Shown: piece after piece, positions 1-7,418 of the stretch
How positions within the stretch are numbered: the first letter of the stretch is position 1
Layout: each line of letters starts with the position of its first letter
Assembly (NCBI GenBank): GCA_001789205.1
Contig: MFYT01000023.1
Coordinates: 19,003 to 83,002 of the forward strand
Reading direction: 5' to 3'
Length of the DNA stretch: 64,000 nucleotides
Source of the DNA: Candidatus Raymondbacteria bacterium RIFOXYA2_FULL_49_16
GTDB lineage: Bacteria > Fibrobacterota > OXYB2-FULL-49-7 > XYB2-FULL-49-35
Made by a program: the position numbers and the translations under genes
The notes under the pieces: model-generated
Told to the model about the DNA's origin: nothing
What the model saw: only the letters and a program-made list of their open reading frames with translations
Databases searched by the model: none

Positions 1-70
1 GCGCCATTGCCACGGTTGTGACCGCTGAACTGGAAAAGGACCTCAAAGGAGAGACGGAGAAGAAATAAAC

Positions 71-604
71 ATGGCAGCGCTCAATCTCTGTTATTATGGG
101 AACCCCCTGCTCAAGAAGAAGTCGCGTGATGTCACTGATGTCACGCCGCTCAAGCAGTTCATCGACGACATGTTCGAGACCCTGTACACAGAGGGAGGCG
201 TGGGGCTTGCCGCTGTCCAGGTGGGCAACCCGCTCAACCTGTTTATTGTTAACGTGTCGTGGAAAGACGGCACGGAGGAAGAGGAGCGGAGTCCTGGCGT
301 CGAAGAGGTCTTCATTAATCCGAAAATCTTGTCCCTCCATGGCGATGATGTGGAGGTCGACGAGGGGTGTCTCAGTATTCCCGATGTCAGGGAACTGCTG
401 ACGAGAAAGTCCCATGTTGACATAGAATACACCGACCGTCACGGAAAAAGGAAGACTGAAAAAAGCGTTTCCGGCCTCAAGGCGCGCGCCATTCAGCATG
501 AAATGGACCATCTGAACGGTATCCTGTTCGTCGATAAACTGCCGCCCACCAAACGGCTGTTTCTGAAAAGAGAGCTGAAAAAGATCGCCAAGGAATTTTC
601 TTGA
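71..604 (+). CDS. def: peptide deformylase
   Basis: Translation has the three PDF motifs: GLAAVQVG, EGCLSIPDV, HEMDHLNG. Length 177 aa is typical. Confidence 0.9.
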   Translation: MAALNLCYYGNPLLKKKSRDVTDVTPLKQFIDDMFETLYTEGGVGLAAVQVGNPLNLFIVNVSWKDGTEEEERSPGVEEVFINPKILSLHGDDVEVDEGCLSIPDVRELLTRKSHVDIEYTDRHGKRKTEKSVSGLKARAIQHEMDHLNGILFVDKLPPTKRLFLKRELKKIAKEFS

Positions 605-1953
605 AGCGGCTGCTCTTCCCGGCCATTGTCTGGTGCGTGTTTTTTTCCCTTGGCTGTATGAGGCCCATGCTTGAAAAACCCGTCAAGCGCATGGCCGAAT
701 TACCCCCGGTTCCCCCGCCAGTGCCAATGCAGGGCGACAGCGCAGCCAGCGCCCTTGCTGATACCACCGCGGTGATTGTCCCCGATACAGCCGCCCCTGA
801 AACGGGAATTGCCGTTTTCCAGGTTGAACGCAATTCAGTGCGCGTGCTTCTTGGACACGCGCAGCCGCATTTCAGGATCAAAGTCAGTGGCGCGTACGCG
901 GTTTTTTGTGAGAACAGGAATGCGGGCCGGGTTGAAGGCGATGTCAATGTTTCACGGTATGGCGCCCGGCTCTCACTGGGTCCCAGCCTCATGGAACTGG
1001 TCCCTCCTGTCGAGATTGTTTCCCTTGCCAATGAAGGACGGTTTTCCTACGATGGCAAGACGTGCAGGGGAAATTGCATCATCAGGCCCGACGCAGAGGG
1101 CAATGGGTTTCTTGTTATCAACGAGCTGCCCATGGAAGACTATCTTAAAGGGGTGGTGCCCTACGAAATCGGCAAACGGGACTCGTCGTGTTTTGAGGCG
1201 CTCAAGGTACAGGCAATCGCGGCCAGGACCTATTCCTATTCCCGCCTAAATCGTCACGCTGACGAGGGATTTGACGTGTATTGCGACCAGAGCGACCAAG
1301 TGTATAACGGCGTGGAAGGCGAATACGGCCTGGCAAGCGCGGCAATTGAACAGACCCGCGACATTGTTATGGTCCATGCTGATACGCTTATCCATGCCTA
1401 TTATTTTTCCACCAGCTCCGGGGCCACGGAAAACATCGAGGAAGTTTGGCCAGACAAGGGCATGAGGCCGTATCTCAGGTCTGTGTACGACTCGATTTAT
1501 AATACCCAAAGTCCGGTTTTTACCTGGACCGAAGAATGGAGCGGATACGCGCTTTCCCGGATACTCAATGCAAATATGCGTTCGATTGTCGCTGATTATC
1601 AGAAGGCCGATCTTCAAGACGTGTATGTTGAAGAATATACCAGCGCAGGCAGAGTGAAAAGCCTGGTCATTGTCGCGGGCGGACACACCTACCGGGTCTA
1701 CGGCGACAAGACGCGCTGGGCCCTGCGGCGGCCTGAGAAAGGCAACCCGATTCTCAGGAGCGCCTGGTTCAGGCTTTCGGTCGAAAAGCAGGGAGGACGC
1801 GTTGTCCATGTACGGGCAAATGGCAGAGGGTATGGCCACGGCGTTGGCATGTCGCAGATAGGCGCGCTTGGCATGGCCCAGGTCGGCAAAAGCTTTGAGG
1901 AGATCGCCCGGTTTTACTATACCGGCATTATCCTGGTGCGGGTACGAATTTAA
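601..1953 (+). CDS. SpoIID/LytB-domain protein (putative peptidoglycan-lytic/amidase-enhancer type), N-terminal signal/TM
   Basis: 450-aa ORF, hydrophobic N-terminus, central and C-terminal region resembles SpoIID/LytB family (YYFSTSSGATENIEEVW, GHGVGMSQ). 4-nt overlap with def stop. Confidence 0.55.
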   Translation: MKRLLFPAIVWCVFFSLGCMRPMLEKPVKRMAELPPVPPPVPMQGDSAASALADTTAVIVPDTAAPETGIAVFQVERNSVRVLLGHAQPHFRIKVSGAYAVFCENRNAGRVEGDVNVSRYGARLSLGPSLMELVPPVEIVSLANEGRFSYDGKTCRGNCIIRPDAEGNGFLVINELPMEDYLKGVVPYEIGKRDSSCFEALKVQAIAARTYSYSRLNRHADEGFDVYCDQSDQVYNGVEGEYGLASAAIEQTRDIVMVHADTLIHAYYFSTSSGATENIEEVWPDKGMRPYLRSVYDSIYNTQSPVFTWTEEWSGYALSRILNANMRSIVADYQKADLQDVYVEEYTSAGRVKSLVIVAGGHTYRVYGDKTRWALRRPEKGNPILRSAWFRLSVEKQGGRVVHVRANGRGYGHGVGMSQIGALGMAQVGKSFEEIARFYYTGIILVRVRI

Positions 1954-2462
1954 AATTTGGTTTTAAGCAACGCAACAGGGTGAAACAGCTGGGAAAGAAC
2001 ATTGAGCGTAAACGAATAAATGCCGGGTTCTTTTGACTCCCTCGATCCAGCCACATTTAATATCCGTACTTTGTTTTTCCTGATGAAAGTGACCAGTTTT
2101 TTCTCCGGCTGATCGTCCATTGCCGAGAGATGAAGGCATGGCCGTTCGTGGGCCACGGCAAAGGCGATCGTGTCTTTTGAGCCTCCGGTTGGTTTTTTCG
2201 CCAGGGTGAATATGACCGTGGCCTGGGCCAGAACGACGTTTTTTTCCGTGCGCAGCGAATAGTCGGCAAGCGCGGTTTCTTGGAGCCTGTAACGATTGCT
2301 GAGCGTCCCATCCTCGGCAAGCCTGCCTTTTGGACAATAGCCGGCATGCGGAAGGCCTGCTGCCAGGGCAAAGTCCAAAGCCGCGCGATCCGCGCCGGTC
2401 TGGCCTCCTGAGACAATGGTAAAAGATTGGTTATTAGTTCCTAAGACAGCCGCTGGTTTCAA
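1950..2462 (-). CDS. SLOG/LOG-like Rossmann protein of the 'putative molybdenum cofactor carrier' type
   Basis: N-terminal IVSGGQTGADRAALDFALAAGLPHAGYCPKGRLAEDG matches the conserved SGGQTG(V/A)DRAALD...CPKGR signature I associate with the MoCo-carrier/SLOG family. TTG start overlaps the HEPN stop (TTGA on the minus strand). Confidence 0.5.
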   Translation of the reverse strand: MKPAAVLGTNNQSFTIVSGGQTGADRAALDFALAAGLPHAGYCPKGRLAEDGTLSNRYRLQETALADYSLRTEKNVVLAQATVIFTLAKKPTGGSKDTIAFAVAHERPCLHLSAMDDQPEKKLVTFIRKNKVRILNVAGSRESKEPGIYSFTLNVLSQLFHPVALLKTKF

Positions 2463-2896
2463 AATATGTCACACGGGATCAATCGGCAGATTGTTTTTCT
2501 CACTCTTCGGGCAACTGAAACTGCTTGGCGCGTTTGCTTCAAGGTTATTGGCAAATAATCACCGGGGTATCTGCTGGTGACAGCATAATCGGTCATCTGT
2601 TCCTGTTCTTTGGGCGACATCCAGCCTTTATATTCTTTTGGCAACAACGCTGAGAGTACTGATAAATCGTGTGTTCTTGGAAAGTGGATTCCCAAATATA
2701 CCAGCGCAGCTTTCAGGGATTTTTCTATGCATTGCTGGGCATGAAAACAGATCGTATCGGTGGGAGCTTTTTTCCCAAGCTTTAATGTCTGGAGCGCTGT
2801 TGTCAAATCATTATCGGCTTTGGTCATCCATCCGGCTATTACGGCGGCGCGTTCATCGAGTCTTTGCATATAAGACCTTGCCCTCACGTTCTGCAA
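2459..2896 (-). CDS. HEPN domain protein (toxin-like partner of MNT)
   Basis: 145 aa. The ...HAQQCIEKSLKAALVYLGIHFPRTHDLSVL... stretch is a classical HEPN helix pair. Its start overlaps the upstream MNT ORF by about 44 nt. Confidence 0.7.
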   Translation of the reverse strand: MQNVRARSYMQRLDERAAVIAGWMTKADNDLTTALQTLKLGKKAPTDTICFHAQQCIEKSLKAALVYLGIHFPRTHDLSVLSALLPKEYKGWMSPKEQEQMTDYAVTSRYPGDYLPITLKQTRQAVSVARRVRKTICRLIPCDIF

Positions 2897-3146
2897 CCCT
2901 TGCTAGAGTGCCGGGGATTGACCTGCCTCTTAAGTATTCCTTTTGACCCATGACGATCACATCCTTTGCCACCTTAATGTCGTGCAACGCCATTCGGATT
3001 TCGACCTGTTTACGCCGCTTATCGACAGTATCGGGCATGATAACAAGGAGGTCGATGTCACTGTCTGGAAAAACGTGCCCTGTGGCGCACGAGCCGAAAA
3101 GAATTACCTTGTCCGGCCGGAAGGCGCGTTGTATGCGACTGGTCAT
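2853..3146 (-). CDS. minimal nucleotidyltransferase (MNT, Pol-beta superfamily)
   Basis: LFGSCATGHVFPDSDIDLLV is the GS...DxD nucleotidyltransferase motif. I chose the start at the internal Met (MTSRIQ...). The ORF is open up to 3347, so the real start could be further upstream. Confidence 0.65.
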   Translation of the reverse strand: MTSRIQRAFRPDKVILFGSCATGHVFPDSDIDLLVIMPDTVDKRRKQVEIRMALHDIKVAKDVIVMGQKEYLRGRSIPGTLARVAEREGKVLYAKTR

Positions 3147-3274
3147 AGTCTGGATTAATCTCCGGCGCCATGATGGACGAATAATGGAAGGAAGTACGGA
3201 CATGGGGAAAATATCATTCTTTTCTAGGATTAAAATCAAAGGAAGTTTTGGGAAGACTAGGGCAAAATGACATG

Positions 3275-3304
3275 TTGACAAAGACTGGAAAATATTGTTA
3301 TATA
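3275..3304 (+). promoter_or_regulatory. sigma70-like promoter candidate (TTGACA, 17-18 nt, TTATAT/TATATT)
   Basis: TTGACA at 3275-3280, followed by a 17-nt spacer with TG, then an AT-rich hexamer. No convincing downstream CDS. It may be an outward promoter of the decayed IS, or drive a small RNA. Confidence 0.2.
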
Positions 3305-3716
3305 TTAAACGATACATTTTGCTCTTTGACACCCCTGAGAAGCCCAAACAATGAATAAAGGTTCCTCGTTCAACAATGAATTCTGATGTATGGCCCGATA
3401 TTTCTCGTTCAGAACCCGTTTGGGAATGCTCTCATTCAAATGGTTATACGTTTTGAGAGCTTCCCAAATAAGTTGACCAGTAACCGGCTCTGCATGCACC
3501 CGGTTAATACGAGGTCACATTTTATTAAAAGAATTGAAGCTGTTCCGGGAATTTTTCCGGTCTTTTTTCTGATTGCTGTAGTATCACGATCATCCTTGTC
3601 CATTGTTTATCTGTCAGAATTATCATTCGGACTTCGCCCTCAGGTGGTGTTAAGACTTTTACCCTTTTCACATGAGTATTTACCTTTTCAGGTGAGCCGC
3701 AAGGCCGTGCATACAC
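3305..3716 (-). pseudogene. degraded IS5-family (DUF4096-type N-terminus) transposase remnant
   Basis: Two short minus-strand ORFs. The upstream one starts M..MIILTDKQWTRMIVIL, resembling the LTDEQWxRIxPLLP N-terminus of IS5/DUF4096 transposases. The downstream fragment has ...LFIVWASQGCQ, similar to the (V/I)LRTGCxW helix. Both are broken by stops. Confidence 0.25.
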
Positions 3717-3810
3717 GCTATTTTGAATAAAGACAAAGTCATCATTTATTAGGTCAGGGGAAGGGAAATAGAAGGCCCCCTGTGCTTTGTGTGCTACAGG
3801 GGGCCTATTT

Positions 3811-3885
3811 TGGAGCGAGAGACGGGACTTGAACCCGCGACAGCTACCTTGGCAAGGTAGAACTCTACCACTGAGTTACTCTCGC
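3811..3885 (-). tRNA. tRNA-Gly (anticodon GCC)
   Basis: Reverse complement reads GCGAGAGTAACTCAGTGGTAGAGTTCTACCTTGCCAAGGTAGCTGTCGCGGGTTCAAGTCCCGTCTCTCGCTCCA. It is 75 nt with a 7-bp acceptor stem, D-arm, anticodon stem CTACC/GGTAG with loop TTGCCAA, a GGTTCAAGTCC T-loop and a CCA end. Confidence 0.85.
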
Positions 3886-3905
3886 AAATCTTTTACGCAA
3901 GCCTA

Positions 3906-6900
3906 TTAAAATAATAAATTGAACACACCGCCGCCATAATAAGTTTTGAAATTCTCTCCGCCGCTTTCGGCCGTATCGGTCCCGTATTCGTAGCCGCCTT
4001 TCACCGAGATGGACATCATGATGGTAAGACCCACCTTGATTTCGCTTTCTACGCCGTATACTTTCAGCACTTCATTTACCTTGTTGAATGCGCCAGTCCA
4101 GACGCCATCAGCGTTGTTTTTCTCTTCCTTGTAGTCAGTGTTCTGGTTTGAAAAGTAACCCTTGAGGTTCAGCGTGAGTTTTTGGGGAATCACCTTGACT
4201 TCGAAGCGGTCTTCAAGGCGAAAGAGCTGCTTGGCCTCGTCCTTGTATTTTTTTGTCCTTATCTGATAGCTGGTCTTTAGCTTGTTGCCAATACGGCTTT
4301 TAAAAAGCTTGAGCGCGAAGTCGAATTTTGTCTTGATCTGGTGGCCGTCATTTTTTTCCCATTGGAGCGTGTCAGCGTAGGAGAGCGCAGGGTCAAAGCG
4401 GTTCATGTCGTTAATGAGGATGACGCCGCCGTCGAGTTTGAGACGCATGGATGTGAGCACTTCGCTTGAATAGGAGGGTATGTAGACCAAAGCGCCGCCA
4501 AAGGTCATGCGGCCTTCGGCATCGGTGTATTCAGTGGCATTTACGGTCTCTTCTGAACCATCCACCGATATCTTCATGTCTTTGCTCTTGGCGTCCCGTT
4601 TGAGCGCAGGCACCCATTCGTAATAGTAGGAGAAGTTTGGTTCAAACGAAAAGGGGCCAATGGGCATCTTTATATCAAGGCCTCCCTTCAGCTTGTTCTC
4701 GACTGGCTGGGAAAGAAAGCTGAGCGAAGGATCGTTTACCACTGAGTCTCCAGCCACGGAATCAGCGACCATGATTGGGTCTTCGCCGAGAAAATCCGGT
4801 TTGATGCTGGTCTCTTCTTTTGCCGCAGCTTCCCAGTCAAAGGCCGTATTCAGATCAATGCTTTTCGTGAGCCCGCTAAGTATATTGACATCAAAAGATT
4901 TTGATCCATTGAACCGGGCTTTGTTCAGGTTGCCCACCTGGGGCTTTATCGACGGGTTGCCGCCCGTATAGAAGTCGTGCTGCGCGCGGATGTATTCGAC
5001 CGTGGCGTCGAACCCGCTCAGGTTGAAGTTGACGCCAATCAGCCCCGCGGTCATCTGCGTCAGGTTAAAGTTGTGGTGGATAAGCGTGTCTTTTGAATAG
5101 GCGAACGACGACCCATCGCCCGAATCAACGTCAGTGCTCAGGGTGTCGGCGTAGCCAATATCCACTTCCGCGAATGCGGAAAGATTGTCGCGGATCTGCA
5201 TTGTGGCGTTGATGCCGCTATTGTACGATTGGAGTTTAGGGTCGGCGCCGTACAGTTCCGTTGAGTCGAGACTGACACCGGGATAGAGAATGGGATTGTT
5301 TACATGGCGTGTTGTCAGGAAATGGGCGCCCACGGAGAGATCGCGGGAAACATTGCTTTTGACAGAGGCCAGGCCCAGCCATTCCTGGCGGATGGGTGTG
5401 GTATTGCTGTCGAGCATGTCGGGCTTGAGGCCTTTGGGATAGGGAATGGTGGATTGGCCGCCGGAAATGGACATGTCGAGCGAACGCCCCTGTTCGAGGG
5501 TTGATGTTTTTTCGTACTTGAGACCCCGGATTTGGCGCGAGGACACGGAGATTTCAGACTGATCTTCGGAAAAATCGCCCAAGACAATTTCGTGGCCCGG
5601 CAGCGTGGTAGTGAGATTGATGACCTCGAATTTTTGGATATTGCGGTACGCCTCAAGGTTGCGCAGATGGTCGTCACCCGTGGTAGAACCCATTTTGTTG
5701 TAGTTGCCGTAACCGTTGATAGTGAGGTCGCTCTCACGGTCGCCCACCTTGCTTTGCAGGTAGAGTGAAAGCTCGGGCCTGAATCCGGGAATATACGTGG
5801 TTTGGTGGGGAAGGGCCGAATCCGCGATGTTGGCGTGGACCGATTCGTTCAGGTCGTTGACTGCTCGGTAGGTGAGACCAAGCGAGACCTGGCCCAACAG
5901 ACCCATGCGGGCGGTGAATGATTCGCCGCGCGAAGGCGCGGAGAGAAAATCGCCCTTGAAGCCCACGGTGTCCCTGAATTCTTTTTCCCGCACCTTCACT
6001 GCGGTGATTTTCTGCGGTTCGGGCATCAGCTTGGCCACCTCTTCGGGAGTGACAACGCGCAGGTCTTCGACGTTTCGCTTGATCATGAAGAGTCTGTTGC
6101 TTTTGATTTCCTGATCAGTGAGTACGCCGACCCGGTTTTTAAGCACCCAGATATCTTCGAGTTTTACCTGGGCCCGTTTGTCCGTAATAATGCCGAAGTC
6201 GTTGTCCTCAATGCGAGTACGAGACATGTTCAAGGTTGAAAAAGGATGGCAAACCACGCCGTGGGTAATATTGTGTATCAATCCGCTGTCGACACTGACC
6301 TTTGAGCCGCGGTCAACGTTGAGACCCACGATATGGCCTTTGCCTAACTGCGTATACCGGACCTGCACGTCGGACTGCAGGGCGTAAATGCAGCTGATTG
6401 AATTGTTTTGGAACGAGCAATTGGCAATGGTAGCATTGCCGTTGTCGACATGGATGCCGAAATTGCTGTTTGAGATGGTGCACCAAGTGAAATAGGAACG
6501 CTGGTTTCCCCGGATGTAGATGCGATCCCAATCCCACGCCTTTGCGTCTTTTTTCGCTGATTTGAACACAATGGGCGCTCCCTCAACGCCTTCGGCCATG
6601 ATCTGGCCGTAGACCACGATGGTTGAGTAGTCGCCCCCCACGAGCACTGTGACACCCTTCTCAATGGTGAGGGTCTTGTTCGCGGGGACCACCACGTTGC
6701 CCACCAGGAGATAGGGACTCTTGTCCGTTGATAGTGTGCCGTCTATCTCGTCCTGCATGATGACCGTGGCCTTTGCGGCCTCTTCGCTTTCAGCTAGCTC
6801 CTTGGCGTCGATGGCCTCGGCTTCGAGAGAGAGCGGTTCGAGCTGCAGGACAAAATCCTTGACCCATTTGTCCGAAACAAGCATCACATCGCCGGGAAGT

Positions 6901-7289
6901 TTTTCGCTAATTTCTATCACGGTTTCACCGAGTTTGGTGTCCACCACGGATATGGTGGCGATGAATTCAGCGCGCTGTTTGCGCAATTGGCCAATGGCAA
7001 GAAGGTCGATGCCCAGTTCTTTTGCCGCTGAACGGTAGCATTCATCGTTGCCGCAGCCGCCCATTTTTTCAATGAGGGCCGCCAGCGCCACTTTGGATTT
7101 TATCGAGAACATTTTGGTGTCAGAGAGCGCGGCAAGCACTTTTTGTTCGAAAAAGTCGACCATTTCCGTATTGGCGCCGGGCGCCCGCTTTATTTCAAGC
7201 AGCGTCAGGGAACGTTCAGCGGACACCGGAGAAGCCAGTATACTTGTTATAAGCGCGCCAATGGCGACGATAGAGGAAAAATATTTCAT
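3906..7289 (-). CDS. large outer-membrane-type protein: signal peptide, right-handed beta-helix (NosD/pectin-lyase-like) region, C-terminal beta-rich domain ending in Phe
   Basis: 1127 aa. N-terminus MKYFSSIVAIGALITSILASPVSA. Central repeats are beta-helix-like (NCSFQNNS..., hydrophobic/Asn ladders). The long Tyr/Gly/Ser-rich alternating C-terminal region ends ...YYGGGVFNLLF, an OMP beta-barrel-like terminal aromatic. Confidence 0.5.
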   Translation of the reverse strand: MKYFSSIVAIGALITSILASPVSAERSLTLLEIKRAPGANTEMVDFFEQKVLAALSDTKMFSIKSKVALAALIEKMGGCGNDECYRSAAKELGIDLLAIGQLRKQRAEFIATISVVDTKLGETVIEISEKLPGDVMLVSDKWVKDFVLQLEPLSLEAEAIDAKELAESEEAAKATVIMQDEIDGTLSTDKSPYLLVGNVVVPANKTLTIEKGVTVLVGGDYSTIVVYGQIMAEGVEGAPIVFKSAKKDAKAWDWDRIYIRGNQRSYFTWCTISNSNFGIHVDNGNATIANCSFQNNSISCIYALQSDVQVRYTQLGKGHIVGLNVDRGSKVSVDSGLIHNITHGVVCHPFSTLNMSRTRIEDNDFGIITDKRAQVKLEDIWVLKNRVGVLTDQEIKSNRLFMIKRNVEDLRVVTPEEVAKLMPEPQKITAVKVREKEFRDTVGFKGDFLSAPSRGESFTARMGLLGQVSLGLTYRAVNDLNESVHANIADSALPHQTTYIPGFRPELSLYLQSKVGDRESDLTINGYGNYNKMGSTTGDDHLRNLEAYRNIQKFEVINLTTTLPGHEIVLGDFSEDQSEISVSSRQIRGLKYEKTSTLEQGRSLDMSISGGQSTIPYPKGLKPDMLDSNTTPIRQEWLGLASVKSNVSRDLSVGAHFLTTRHVNNPILYPGVSLDSTELYGADPKLQSYNSGINATMQIRDNLSAFAEVDIGYADTLSTDVDSGDGSSFAYSKDTLIHHNFNLTQMTAGLIGVNFNLSGFDATVEYIRAQHDFYTGGNPSIKPQVGNLNKARFNGSKSFDVNILSGLTKSIDLNTAFDWEAAAKEETSIKPDFLGEDPIMVADSVAGDSVVNDPSLSFLSQPVENKLKGGLDIKMPIGPFSFEPNFSYYYEWVPALKRDAKSKDMKISVDGSEETVNATEYTDAEGRMTFGGALVYIPSYSSEVLTSMRLKLDGGVILINDMNRFDPALSYADTLQWEKNDGHQIKTKFDFALKLFKSRIGNKLKTSYQIRTKKYKDEAKQLFRLEDRFEVKVIPQKLTLNLKGYFSNQNTDYKEEKNNADGVWTGAFNKVNEVLKVYGVESEIKVGLTIMMSISVKGGYEYGTDTAESGGENFKTYYGGGVFNLLF

Positions 7290-7418
7290 AGGCTATGTCC
7301 CTTTTTTGGCTGGGGTTGTGTGTCTGCCGATAATATAATTATAGAATTGGGCTATGGGCAAAAAAGAAAAAGACGGCGCTTTCGCAAGCGCCGTCTAACT
7401 GGTTCTATGGTTTCCGGT

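Noticed and set aside
477-1031. 184-aa minus-strand ORF
   Set aside because: Antisense to the def/SpoIID-like genes. Arg/Ser/Thr/Pro-rich with no motif.
3386-3730. 114-aa plus-strand ORF downstream of the TTGACA promoter
   Set aside because: No start context, no motif, hydrophobic junk-like composition. The region is better explained as decayed IS DNA.
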